Shown piece by piece: positions 1 to 9,364 of a stretch of DNA of 64,000 nucleotides. A program made the translations under genes and the position numbers. Origin of the DNA: an uncultured Nitrososphaerota archaeon (GTDB taxonomy: Archaea; Thermoproteota; Nitrososphaeria; Nitrososphaerales; Gagatemarchaeaceae); NCBI GenBank assembly GCA_963718895.1, contig CAVRAG010000007.1, positions 288,001 through 352,000 of the forward strand, written 5' to 3'. Under the pieces are notes generated by a model, which was not told where the DNA came from, made no database searches, and worked only from the letters and a program-made list of their open reading frames with translations. How positions within the stretch are numbered: position 1 is the stretch's first letter; every line of letters begins with the position of its first letter.

Positions 1-2
1 AG

Positions 3-758
3 CTAAGGCAGCACGAGGAGACCGTGCAGAGACTCTCAGAGGCCCTTCTCAGAAGGCTCGTCAGAGACGGAGTGCAGAGGGACCCCGTCGTCGTGGACGA
101 GGCCACTGGAACAATCCTCGACGGGGCACACCGGGTGGATGCGCTGGGGAGGGCGGGGGCCAGATTCGCGCTCACGTACCTCGTGGACTACGGCGACCCG
201 CGGGTGCTACTGTACAGATGGTACAGGGTCGTGACCAGACCCAGTCCGGAGGAGGCGAGGGAGATAATCGACGAGCTGAACCTGGAGAGGCTGGGGCACA
301 TCGGGGCGCGGGACCTTTCGCCGAGGCCGAGGAGCAGCCTCCTGGTGGCGCACCACGGCGATGCCTTCGGGAGGAAGACCTCCGACCTCGACGCCGATGC
401 GAGGACGATGAGAGAGTTCGACCGGGCCGCGGGCGAGAGGCGGCTGAGGGTCGGCTTCATAGACGAGGCATCGGGCACGCCCAGGCTCCTGCGGGGTGAC
501 GACCTCGTCCTAATCCCACCCGGGCTGGGGAAGGAAGACGTCCTCTGGGCCGGAGCGGAGCGGAGGCTCCTGCCTCCAAAGTCCACACTGCACGTGTTCC
601 CCCTGAGACCGCTCGGCCTGGACTATCCGCTCGAGGACCTCCGCACCGGGAGAGACGTCCTCGACCAGCTGCTCGAGTCCAGACGATCGAGGGTAATCGA
701 GCCTCGGTCGACCCACCGGGGTAGAGGATACCGGGAGAGGGTAGTGGTGTACGAGTGA
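3..758 (+). CDS. ParB/sulfiredoxin-like N-terminal domain protein (SerK/SbnI-like), 5' partial
   Basis: Frame is open to the window edge (LRQHEETV...); DPVVVD...ILDGAHR motif; C-terminal LLPPKSTLH resembles SerK-like proteins. Confidence 0.65.
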   Translation, partial: LRQHEETVQRLSEALLRRLVRDGVQRDPVVVDEATGTILDGAHRVDALGRAGARFALTYLVDYGDPRVLLYRWYRVVTRPSPEEAREIIDELNLERLGHIGARDLSPRPRSSLLVAHHGDAFGRKTSDLDADARTMREFDRAAGERRLRVGFIDEASGTPRLLRGDDLVLIPPGLGKEDVLWAGAERRLLPPKSTLHVFPLRPLGLDYPLEDLRTGRDVLDQLLESRRSRVIEPRSTHRGRGYRERVVVYE

Positions 759-1018
759 CGATAAGGGTCACCTGCGTGGGACACATACGAACGAGTCTCG
801 GAAGGGAGACGGTGGAGGTCCCAGGAGACAGGATAAAGGCCAGCGATCTGGTAGAACGGCTGAGGGAGATGGGCCGCTCTGACCCGAACCTGGGGTTCAA
901 CAGATACAACACCCTCTTGATCGTCAACGGGAGCGTCGCCTTCACCGCCGCGGCCAGCGACAGGATCCTGGAGGACGGGGACGAGGTGCTGCTCCTCCCC
1001 TTCTCGCACGGAGGTTGA
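755..1018 (+). CDS. Ubiquitin-like MoaD/ThiS/SAMP protein
   Basis: 87 aa ending LEDGDEVLLLPFSHGG (C-terminal di-glycine); start overlaps the upstream stop (GTGA). Confidence 0.9.
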   Translation: MTIRVTCVGHIRTSLGRETVEVPGDRIKASDLVERLREMGRSDPNLGFNRYNTLLIVNGSVAFTAAASDRILEDGDEVLLLPFSHGG

Positions 1019-1022
1019 GCGC

Positions 1023-1463
1023 ATGGAAAGCGTTGTCGCAGCGAGGGCCAAGCTCTCTGCTGGGCTAGCCGACAGCGAGCTCCTGGCTATGAGGAGGCGC
1101 CACCCCACCCTGATAGTGCAACTGGTCACCCTGAAGGAAATCCCCGGAAGTCAGACGATCAACATGATAGGGCAGCAGACGCTCAGGGCCATGAAGACCG
1201 GCGCCCTCCTCGCGGCCAAGCCCGAGGTCGACCTCCTCCTCAGGCTCGCCGGGACGACCCAGATAGCGCTCGCGATCGAAGAGGCCGGGTACAGGGCGAG
1301 GGGTGCGATGCTCCTGGTCGCGGCCGGGTCCGCCCGCGGGGTGTCGGGTCTCCGGAAGGAGCTCGTCGGGAATCCGACCTACGAGATCGTGGAGAGGGGA
1401 GGGATGGACGAGAAAGGCCTGGCGATGGTCGAGAGGGCGGCCCTGCTGGGCACCAGGTCCTAG
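1023..1463 (+). CDS. cgi121: KEOPS complex subunit Cgi121
   Basis: AAKPEVDLLLRLAGTTQIALAIEEAG and C-terminal VERAALL; close to sua5. Confidence 0.75.
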   Translation: MESVVAARAKLSAGLADSELLAMRRRHPTLIVQLVTLKEIPGSQTINMIGQQTLRAMKTGALLAAKPEVDLLLRLAGTTQIALAIEEAGYRARGAMLLVAAGSARGVSGLRKELVGNPTYEIVERGGMDEKGLAMVERAALLGTRS

Positions 1464-1973
1464 GACGACCGCTTCAGTCTTGTGATGCTGATGATCTCGT
1501 CTGGACGGGCAACGGCGAGCGCCGTGTACTCTCCGAGGACCTCTATCTGTATCACCATGTCGGGGGACTCGAGGTTGACCTTCCTGTCGACGACGTCCGC
1601 GATCGCATCGATAAGACTCCTTCCTCGAATAGGGCGAGTCGCGGTCGTCAATGTCTATCTTGAACGACTCGGTCGAGGCTATCTGAGACCCGAGCTGTTT
1701 GGCGCCCTCCTTGATCTGTTCCAGGTCGGTATCGACCACCATGTCGACCGGAATGACCCTCTGGACGAAGTGGACCCTGAACGGCTCCGACCTGACGTAC
1801 TCCCGCAGGAACGCCACGAAGCCCCGCGGGTCCTCCAGGTCCACCTCGAGCACTCCGTCGAAATCGGACTTTTCGATGTGAAGCTTCCTCAGGCCGTGCT
1901 GGAGCGCAATCTCCTTGAACTCCGCAGAGGCCTTCGCCTCGTTCCCCTTCTGTGAAGTCAGAATCAGGTTCAT
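1460..1973 (-). CDS. Stand-alone THUMP domain protein (one frameshift near 1620)
   Basis: QRVIPVD...ESFKIDIDDR, then in a second frame IADVVDRKVNLESPDMVIQIEVLG. Confidence 0.8.
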
Positions 1974-2590
1974 CTATCCAGTCTCTCCCGCTTAATCCCC
2001 GGCTCAAAGGCGACTGCACCCCTCCTTAAAACCTCGACAGCCTCCCCCTCGACCCTTACCACCGTCGACTCGGTGCCTCCTCTTGCGCCGTCGTCCAGTA
2101 TGGCGTCTATCCGGTCTCCCAGGGACATGAAGACATCCCCTGCGCTCCTCGATGACGGCTCCCCGGACAGGTTCGCGCTCGTCCCCGTGATGGTCCCGCC
2201 GCAACCCTTCGCCAGCGCAAGCGCCGTCTTGTCGTCTGGGACCCGGACGCCCAGCCACCCGGTCCTCTGGTCCAGCAGGAAGGGGACCGCAACCCTGAGC
2301 GGCGCGACTATGGTCAGAGCTCCCGGCCAGTAGCGGCGTGCCAGCTCCAGAGCCTTCTGCCCAAGGTCGACCAGTCTGGCCGCGTCTCCCTCGCTGGCGC
2401 AGAGCACCGGGATTGGCTTGGACTCCCTCCCCTTGGCCGCGACCAGCCTCCCGACGGCCTCTTGGTCGAACGGGTCGCACCCCAGCCCGTAGACCGTGTC
2501 TGTCGGGTAGGCCACCACTCCACCGCGCCCGACGATCGCTGAGACAACCGCGATCGAGCGGGAATCCGCGGGTAGGATGAGGGCCTTCAA
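1970..2590 (-). CDS. sua5: L-threonylcarbamoyladenylate synthase (YrdC/Sua5, short form)
   Basis: VAYPTDTVYGLGC, KGR..KP, YWPGALT, TSANLSG motifs. Confidence 0.95.
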   Translation of the reverse strand: MKALILPADSRSIAVVSAIVGRGGVVAYPTDTVYGLGCDPFDQEAVGRLVAAKGRESKPIPVLCASEGDAARLVDLGQKALELARRYWPGALTIVAPLRVAVPFLLDQRTGWLGVRVPDDKTALALAKGCGGTITGTSANLSGEPSSRSAGDVFMSLGDRIDAILDDGARGGTESTVVRVEGEAVEVLRRGAVAFEPGIKRERLDR

Positions 2591-2651
2591 ACCGGCCCCG
2601 GCGTCCGGGCAAGACTTAATAGCTTAACTAAAACCGGCACGGCCGGTTCGC

Positions 2652-2744
2652 ATGTCAGTGGAAGACGACGAATCCGACGAAGACTTCGATGAAGACCTCG
2701 ACGATGACGGGTGGGAAGAGGACTCGGACGAAGACGAACTCTGA
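2652..2744 (+). CDS. Highly acidic 30-aa microprotein MSVEDDESDEDFDEDLDDDGWEEDSDEDEL
   Basis: ATG 2652 to TGA 2742-2744; AT-rich TATA-like tract at about 2616-2633; fills the sua5-tpiA gap. Confidence 0.6.
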   Translation: MSVEDDESDEDFDEDLDDDGWEEDSDEDEL

Positions 2745-2811
2745 GACGACCTGGCCTCTCGAAGCCCTGCAGTTTTAAGGCCGTGAAAGCCGGTACCGGA
2801 CCAGAGCGCGC

Positions 2812-3486
2812 TTGTTGAAACGCCGGATCCTCCTCATCAATTTCAAGAACTATAGCGAGATTCTCGGCGAGGGAGCGATGCGAATGGCCAGCGCCGCCGA
2901 GCAGGCCTGTGACGGGCTCGAGGTCGAGCTCATCCTCGCCCCTCCCACGCCGACGCTTGGCGTCGTCGCCGCAGGGACGACGGCGCGGGTATTCGGCCAG
3001 AGCGTGACCAACCAGCAGGAAGGTAAGAGCACCGGTGCGATCATCCCCGAGGCGCTGAAGGCCTCCGGGTGTTCAGGCTCGATCATCAACCACAGCGAGT
3101 CGCGTCTCCCCCTGGAGGTCGTTCGCGCTCTGATTCCCAGGATGAAGAGACTGGGACTGTCATCGTGTGTCTGCGGGGAGGACGCCGGCGAGGTCGCGAG
3201 GATGTCTGCTTTCGCCCCTGAGTACCTTGCTGTCGAGCCCCCGGAGCTGATAGGGAGCGGCATAGCCGTCTCCCAGGCCCGGCCGGAACTGCTGCGTGAT
3301 ACCGTCGCAACCGCTCGGGGCGCGGGCTACTCGGGTGGGCTCCTCTGCGGAGCCGGAATCGTCTCGAGCGAAGATGCACGCACGGCCATCAGGCTGGGGA
3401 TGGACGGAATCCTGGTCGCCAGCAGCGTCGTGAAGTCAAAGGACTGGCGGGCCAAGGTCAGGGAGCTCGCCGCCGCCCTCTCTTGA
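2812..3486 (+). CDS. tpiA: Triosephosphate isomerase (archaeal short type)
   Basis: INFKNY, INHSE, AVEPPELIGSG, LCGAGI motifs. Confidence 0.95.
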   Translation: MLKRRILLINFKNYSEILGEGAMRMASAAEQACDGLEVELILAPPTPTLGVVAAGTTARVFGQSVTNQQEGKSTGAIIPEALKASGCSGSIINHSESRLPLEVVRALIPRMKRLGLSSCVCGEDAGEVARMSAFAPEYLAVEPPELIGSGIAVSQARPELLRDTVATARGAGYSGGLLCGAGIVSSEDARTAIRLGMDGILVASSVVKSKDWRAKVRELAAALS

Positions 3487-3559
3487 CCCCCTTCTGCAAT
3501 CGCGGAACAACCGAGGCACGTTAGAAAGCCGTAAATAAAGTGCCAAAACCGGCCGGGTC

Positions 3560-4813
3560 ATGAGTAAGACCAACCAGAGTCCCTTTGAGAACGTCCTAGA
3601 GCAGCTCGACATCGCGGGAGAGTACCTGAAGCTCGAACCGGGCGTCAGAGACCTGCTCCGACAGCCTAAGCGGATAGTCACGGTCTCGCTTCCCGTGAAG
3701 ATGGATGACGGGAGCACCAACGTCTTCACGGGTCACAGGGTCCAGTACAACGACGCCAGGGGCCCGTTCAAGGGCGGAATCAGGTATCATCCTGGGGTCA
3801 CGCTCGACGAGGTGAAGGCGCTCTCGGCCTGGATGACCTGGAAGTGCAGCGTCGCTGACATACCATTCGGGGGCGCCAAGGGAGGGGTCGTCTGCGACCC
3901 GAAGAAGATGTCCCAGGGGGAGCTCGAGAGGCTAACGCGCAGGTACGCCGCCGCCATCTCCAACATCATCGGCCCTGACCAGGACATCCCGGCACCTGAC
4001 GTCTACACGAACTCGCAGGTCATGGCGTGGATACTCGACACCTACAGCCTCATCAAGGGGCATGCGGTACCGGGTGTCGTCACTGGGAAGCCTATCTCGC
4101 TGGGCGGCTCTCTGGGAAGGGACACCGCGACGGGCAGGGGTGCGGCCTTCTGCACGAGGGAGGCCGCCAAGGTCCTGAAGGTTCCTCTAAAGGGGGCGAC
4201 GGTCTCTGTGCAAGGCTACGGAAACGCAGGCTCGAACTACGCGGTCATACTCGAGGAGATGGGCGCGAAGCTGGTCGCGGCCAGCGACTCGCAGGGCGGG
4301 ATCTACAACAAGAAGGGGCTCGACGCAAAGAAGGTCCTGGCCTACAAGGAGAAGGGAGGCTCCGTCGTGGGGTATCCCGGCGCAGAACCGATCTCCAACG
4401 AGGAGCTGCTCCAGAGCGAGTGCGACGTCCTCTGCCCCGCGGCCCTCGAGAACTCGATAACCAAGGAGATAGCCAGGGGAGTGAAGGCGAAGATAATCGC
4501 CGAGTGCGCCAACGGGCCGACGACCCCCGAGGCCGACAGGGTCCTCGACCAGCAGGGTGTCTACCTCGTCCCGGACATCCTTGCGAACTCCGGAGGGGTG
4601 ATAGTGAGCTATCTTGAGTGGGTCCAGAACCTCGAGAGGCTCTACTGGACCGAGGACGAGGTGAACTCGCGGCTCGAGCACAAGATCACGGGCGCCTTCA
4701 GGGCGGTCCACCAGGAGGCCAAGAAGCACGGTGTCTCGATGCGGACCGGGGCCCTCATCGTCGGCGTGGGGAGGGTCGCAGAGGCGGTCAGGACCCTCGG
4801 GGTCTGGCCCTAG
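3560..4813 (+). CDS. gdhA: Glutamate dehydrogenase
   Basis: GPFKGGIRYHP, GGAKGG, DIPAPD, QGYGNAG, PDILANSGGV. Confidence 0.95.
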   Translation: MSKTNQSPFENVLEQLDIAGEYLKLEPGVRDLLRQPKRIVTVSLPVKMDDGSTNVFTGHRVQYNDARGPFKGGIRYHPGVTLDEVKALSAWMTWKCSVADIPFGGAKGGVVCDPKKMSQGELERLTRRYAAAISNIIGPDQDIPAPDVYTNSQVMAWILDTYSLIKGHAVPGVVTGKPISLGGSLGRDTATGRGAAFCTREAAKVLKVPLKGATVSVQGYGNAGSNYAVILEEMGAKLVAASDSQGGIYNKKGLDAKKVLAYKEKGGSVVGYPGAEPISNEELLQSECDVLCPAALENSITKEIARGVKAKIIAECANGPTTPEADRVLDQQGVYLVPDILANSGGVIVSYLEWVQNLERLYWTEDEVNSRLEHKITGAFRAVHQEAKKHGVSMRTGALIVGVGRVAEAVRTLGVWP

Positions 4814-5707
4814 GGTCGGCAATCAGCGACTCGACCTCCCGCACGAGGCCTGCAGACCCCAGGTACAGGGGCGTCGTCTCGGCAAGGGCAGAGGGCGCGA
4901 CCGCGAGTATGTCGCGCGCGCCGTCCGAGGCGTACCCGCCCGCGTGCTTGGTGACGAAGGCCATGGGCGCAGCCTCGTAGAGCAACCGCAGCTTCCCGTG
5001 GGGCTTGTTCTTCAGAGCCGGGTATCCGAATATGCCGCCCCGGCGGAGGACCTGGTTGAAGTCTCCGACGAACGTGCCCCCGTACCTCAGCTTCAGGCCG
5101 CGGGCCTCGAGCGAGGAGACGAACCTCTCGACCGGGTCGATCCAGTCCACCCTCTGGCCGCCCAGGCCATACACCTCGGGCTCTTCGGGGATGGTGGCGT
5201 TCTCCTCCATGAGGATGAACGGGTTGCCCTCGCGCCCCTCCACCGCGACGAACGTGTGGACCCCGGACCCGGTGGTGTAGGTGAACGTCAGCATCGGTCC
5301 GTAGGTGACGAACGCGGACCCGACGAGGCGCTCTCCCGAGCACGGGAGGGCGGAGGAGTAGAATCCGAAGATGCTCCCGAGGGGGTTGTTCGTCGCGATG
5401 TTCGAGGACCCGTCCAGCGGGTCCATGGCGACGTGGATGCCCCCTCTGCCCCTTCCGGGGCTCCGCCATCTCCTCAGAGGCGACCTCGCCCACGAGCCCC
5501 GTCGCCAGGAGCGAAGAAGCGAAGACTTCGTTGGCGTAGACGTCGATCTCGGTCTGCCTCTCGCCCGACGGGTTCACTCCCCTCGTGAGCTTCGTGGTGA
5601 ACGGGAGCGACCGCCTCACCTGCATGCTCGCGCTCGCTATGCTTCAGAAGGAGGCGCGAGAGGTCGGGGGGCGCCCTTTCGCTGAGAAATGTATCCAGGT
5701 CCGTCAA
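4788..5707 (-). CDS. fbp: Fructose-1,6-bisphosphatase class I (two frameshifts)
   Basis: Three frames join: NPSGERQTEIDVYAN, ASEE, DPLDGSSN, LRYGGTFVGD, GKLRLLYEAAPMAF. Confidence 0.9.
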
Positions 5708-5765
5708 ATTGTCGCTGCACCCTTAAATACGCCTCGCGGGGGATAAAGCTATTGCGTGATGCAGC

Positions 5766-6554
5766 ATGACGGGCAAGAATGACCTCATGGACATCTTCCT
5801 AAGGGAGGGGAAGAGCCTTATCATCGCCTACGACCAGGGCCTTGAACACGGACCCTCGGCCGACTTCGACAACCGGAACGTCGACCCATCCTTCATAGTC
5901 GAGATAGCCTCCAAGGGAGGATTCAACGGGATAGCCCTGCAGAAGGGGCTGGCCGAGAAGTACTACGACGGAAAGGTCCCGCTGATAGTGAAGGTGAACG
6001 GCAAGTCCGGCCTCTCCAAGGGGGAGCCGAACGCGAAGCAGAACTGCTCCGTCGAGTACGCCGTCTCCCTCGGCGCCAAGGCGATAGGCTACACCATCTA
6101 CCTAGGCAGCGCCTTCGAGGCCGACATGTTCAAGGAGTTCGGACGGATTCAGGAGGAGGCCCACGAGAAGGGGCTCGCGGCCATCGCTTGGGTCTATCCC
6201 AGGGGTGCGGCCGTGCAGAACGACACGTCGAAGGAGGTCGTCTCCTACGCGGCGAGGACGGCGCTCGAGCTCGGGGCCGACGCTGCGAAGATAAAGTACA
6301 CGGGGGACAGCCAGTCCTTCGCCTGGGCGGTGCGGTCTGCGGGTAAGGTCAAGGTCTTCATGTCCGGAGGGCCCAAGGCCCCAAGCGACGAAGCCTTCCT
6401 TGCGCAGGTGAGGGGAGCCGTCGACGCCGGGGCGACCGGGATAGCAGTGGGCAGGAACGTCTGGCAGCACCAGGAGCCACTCAAGATGGCGGAGATGCTG
6501 AAGAAGGTCGTCTTCGAGAACCTCCAGATAGCGTCGGCCAAGTCGCAGAGCTAG
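5766..6554 (+). CDS. Class I fructose-bisphosphate aldolase (DhnA type)
   Basis: AYDQGLEHGP, WVYPRG, ELGADAAKIKYTG (Schiff-base Lys), GIAVGRNVWQ; divergent from fbp. Confidence 0.88.
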   Translation: MTGKNDLMDIFLREGKSLIIAYDQGLEHGPSADFDNRNVDPSFIVEIASKGGFNGIALQKGLAEKYYDGKVPLIVKVNGKSGLSKGEPNAKQNCSVEYAVSLGAKAIGYTIYLGSAFEADMFKEFGRIQEEAHEKGLAAIAWVYPRGAAVQNDTSKEVVSYAARTALELGADAAKIKYTGDSQSFAWAVRSAGKVKVFMSGGPKAPSDEAFLAQVRGAVDAGATGIAVGRNVWQHQEPLKMAEMLKKVVFENLQIASAKSQS

Positions 6555-6567
6555 AGAGACAGCACAG

Positions 6568-6936
6568 ATGAAGATATTCATCATAGACATCGACGGGACG
6601 ATCTGCGAGAACATCCCCAACGAGCTCGGCGCCGAGCGGATGAGGCACGCCAAGCCGTTCAACGACTCGATAAAGGCGATAAACAGCCTCTACGACGCGG
6701 GCAACTACATCTGCTTCTTCACCGCCAGGACCGACGAGCACGACGAGGCGACCAGGGACTGGCTCAAGAAGCACGGGGTGAGGTACCACCAGCTCATCCT
6801 GAACAAGCCCCGCAAGCTCCCTCCGTACGTCGAGTATCACTTCATCGACGACGCGCACGTCAAGGCCACAACGTTCAAGGGCAAGTTCTCGAACTTCGTC
6901 AAGAAGAACGTCGACATCGAGGTCTTCGAGGAGTAG
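6568..6936 (+). CDS. Small capless HAD-superfamily phosphatase
   Basis: IIDIDGT motif I, FTAR, KPR, FIDD. Confidence 0.75.
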   Translation: MKIFIIDIDGTICENIPNELGAERMRHAKPFNDSIKAINSLYDAGNYICFFTARTDEHDEATRDWLKKHGVRYHQLILNKPRKLPPYVEYHFIDDAHVKATTFKGKFSNFVKKNVDIEVFEE

Positions 6937-6981
6937 GGCTGCGGGATAGGTTAAATAGAGAAATCGGATAAGCGATAGGGT

Positions 6982-7290
6982 ATGTCACTTCCAAGGATAC
7001 AGTCCGCGTTGGAGAAGCTTCAGGCTCAGCTCTCCGAGACTCAGGCTCAGGTCAAGCAGGTCGAGGACCTCATAAGAAGCAACCGGGGCGAGTCCAACTC
7101 AAAGTCAGACAAGATGCTGGAAGATCAGGGTGCCAAGTTCACGAACCTCAAGACAGAGCTAAGCTCGATGAGGACGGACCTTAACTCCATGAAGACAGGA
7201 GTAACGATTCGCATAGACTCAATCGACAAGCGGATGAACAACCTCGAGATCAGTTTCAAGAAGCTCGAGGAGACGCTGAGGCAGGCCTAG
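6982..7290 (+). CDS. Coiled-coil hypothetical protein
   Basis: Heptad-like pattern; TTAAATA about 25 nt upstream. Confidence 0.6.
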   Translation: MSLPRIQSALEKLQAQLSETQAQVKQVEDLIRSNRGESNSKSDKMLEDQGAKFTNLKTELSSMRTDLNSMKTGVTIRIDSIDKRMNNLEISFKKLEETLRQA

Positions 7291-7300
7291 GCAGCAGCCG

Positions 7301-8265
7301 CTAGGCTCTTACGCTACCGCCACCCGCGACCCTTAGATTCTTCCCGTTCAGGTCGACCACGACCACCCGCATTCCGTCCCACGTCGGGACAGGATTTGGG
7401 AGTGCTGCAGTGAAGGTTCCCGAGCCGTCGTCGGTGATCTTCGCTATGGCCATCTCCCCCGGAAGCTGCAGGTGGAGGTCGCGAGCCGCCGATCTCCTGC
7501 CTGTAATACGGGCTGCGCGAGAACGCGAAGCTCGGTCTCTCCGTTAGCTTGAACGAACCGTCGTCGAGCCAGGCTGCCTTGTCGAGGTCCTCTCGCGTCG
7601 ACTCCCTTCAGCGAGAGGCCCACTCTGATCCCCTCGCCCGCGCTCTCGTAGTCCTCGTCGTTGACCTGGATGCCCTTCACCTCGACCGTCCTCTCGGACG
7701 AGGAGGGGACCGCCCGCAGCTTGTCGTGGACCGAGACCTTCCCGCCCAGGATGAAGCCCAGGACGACCGTCCCGACCCCCTTCACGCTGAAGGCGCGGTC
7801 GATGTAGACTAGGGTGCCCTTGGGAGGGGAGTTCGGTGACGGCCCGATTCCCGAGAGGTCGATTATCGACGAGTCGCCTGCTCTTTCATCCGTCGGGTAT
7901 TCGGCCAATCTCAGACCCCTGAAGGCGGCCTTGGTCACCTCCGACGGGGCGGCGCCGTCGATTATCCCGACGGTCCCCGGGAGGCTGAAACTCTCGAGGA
8001 GCACCGCGAGCTCACCGTCGGGAGGGGCCAGCTTGCCGCCCTTCGGCAGCAGGTAGTAGGCGTAGTCACAGATCGAGGCGATCCTCGAGTAGCCCTGAAT
8101 CCTGTCAGGATACTGGGGGTCGTCGAGGAGTGAGTACCGCTTCCCAGCCTCGTTCTTGTGGTACACTATCATCCCTTCGACCTCGGACTTCTTGGCGACA
8201 GACGCCATGAACCGGGCCTTCTGCTCCTTGTCGGTTCCGAAGACGCCTATGGTATGACCGTCCAT
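7301..8265 (-). CDS. SelB-like translation factor (aSelBL), frameshifted in the C-terminal part
   Basis: EF-Tu domain II signature IDRAFSVKGVGTVVLG...VKGIQ...RVGLSLKG; degenerate G domain; C-terminus VVDLNGKNLRVAGGG stops at 7301. Confidence 0.75.
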
Positions 8266-8302
8266 GCCGCAGAAGCCGGCGGCCCTTCGAGCCGTATTAA
8301 AC

Positions 8303-9262
8303 CTAGAGGAACAGGTCGGTGCTGAGATACTTGAGGCCCGTGTCCGGGATGAGGGTGACAATCGTCTCGGTCGCTGAGAGCCTCTTCGCGAGCTTCAGGG
8401 CCGCCGCGACGTTTGCCCCTCCGCTGAATCCGGACAGGATGCCCTCCCTCCTGGCGAGCATCCGCGCGGTCCTGATGGCCTCCGCGTCCGTGACGGTCAG
8501 GTATCCATCGCAGAGCGCAGGGTCCCAAATCTCCGGGACGAGGGCGTAGCCGGTCCCCTGGATCTTGTGTTTGGGAGCGGTCACCCGCCTTCCCGCCAGG
8601 ACGGGAGCGCCCGCCGGCTCGACCACGAAGCACATGACCGCCGGATTGTGCTTCTTCAGAGCCCTCGAGGTGCCGACGAAGGTACCGCCCGTGCCAGCTA
8701 TGGCCACGAAACAGTCGATCCTCCCTCCGGTCTGCTCCCAGATCTCCTCTCCTGTTCCCGCGAGGTGGGCGGCGGGGTTGGCCGGGTTCTTGAACTGGTC
8801 GACCCTGAAGGCGCGGTGGCGGTGGACGAGCTCCTCTGCCCTCTTCTCGACGAGGGCCAGGTCTTCCCCCGTCACCTTCCCCGGGATGCCTCCCTCGGCC
8901 TGGGGGACGAGCACCACCTTCGCCCCCAGCGCCTTCATGACCCTCCAACGCTCGCTCGAGTTACCTTCGCTCATGACCGCAGTGAAGGGATAGCCTTTCA
9001 CCGCGCAGGCCACGGCGAGTCCTATCCCCATGTTCCCGCTGGTGAGCTCGACGACCATCTGCCCGGCGCGAAGCCTCCCGCTCCTCTCGGCGTCCTCGAG
9101 CATGTTCAGAGCCGCCCTGTCCTTTACGCTCCCGCCCGGGCTGAAGTACTCGAGCTTGGCGAGGATGCGCGGTCCTACACGGCCTTCGGCCCTGAGGCGG
9201 TCGAGGGCGACGAGCGGGGTGTTGCCTATCGAGCCCAGGACGCTGTCGGCGAAGGGAGCCAT
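8303..9262 (-). CDS. cysK: Cysteine synthase family PLP enzyme
   Basis: IGNTPLV, PGGSVKDR, TSGNMG, GTGGT, HKIQG, PDTGLKYLST. Confidence 0.9.
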   Translation of the reverse strand: MAPFADSVLGSIGNTPLVALDRLRAEGRVGPRILAKLEYFSPGGSVKDRAALNMLEDAERSGRLRAGQMVVELTSGNMGIGLAVACAVKGYPFTAVMSEGNSSERWRVMKALGAKVVLVPQAEGGIPGKVTGEDLALVEKRAEELVHRHRAFRVDQFKNPANPAAHLAGTGEEIWEQTGGRIDCFVAIAGTGGTFVGTSRALKKHNPAVMCFVVEPAGAPVLAGRRVTAPKHKIQGTGYALVPEIWDPALCDGYLTVTDAEAIRTARMLARREGILSGFSGGANVAAALKLAKRLSATETIVTLIPDTGLKYLSTDLFL

Positions 9263-9364
9263 GCCGTCGTCCCCGGACCGAGCCGAGGTAGGATAACTCT
9301 ATCGCCCTCCAGGGACGCTCGCACAGCACAAGACATTTCTATCCAGGGCAGAACTCTCGAGGTC

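Noticed and set aside
7301-8265. SelB-like gene as evidence of selenocysteine decoding
   Set aside because: It lacks an intact G domain and domain IV, and no tRNA-Sec, SECIS or credible in-frame TGA was seen.
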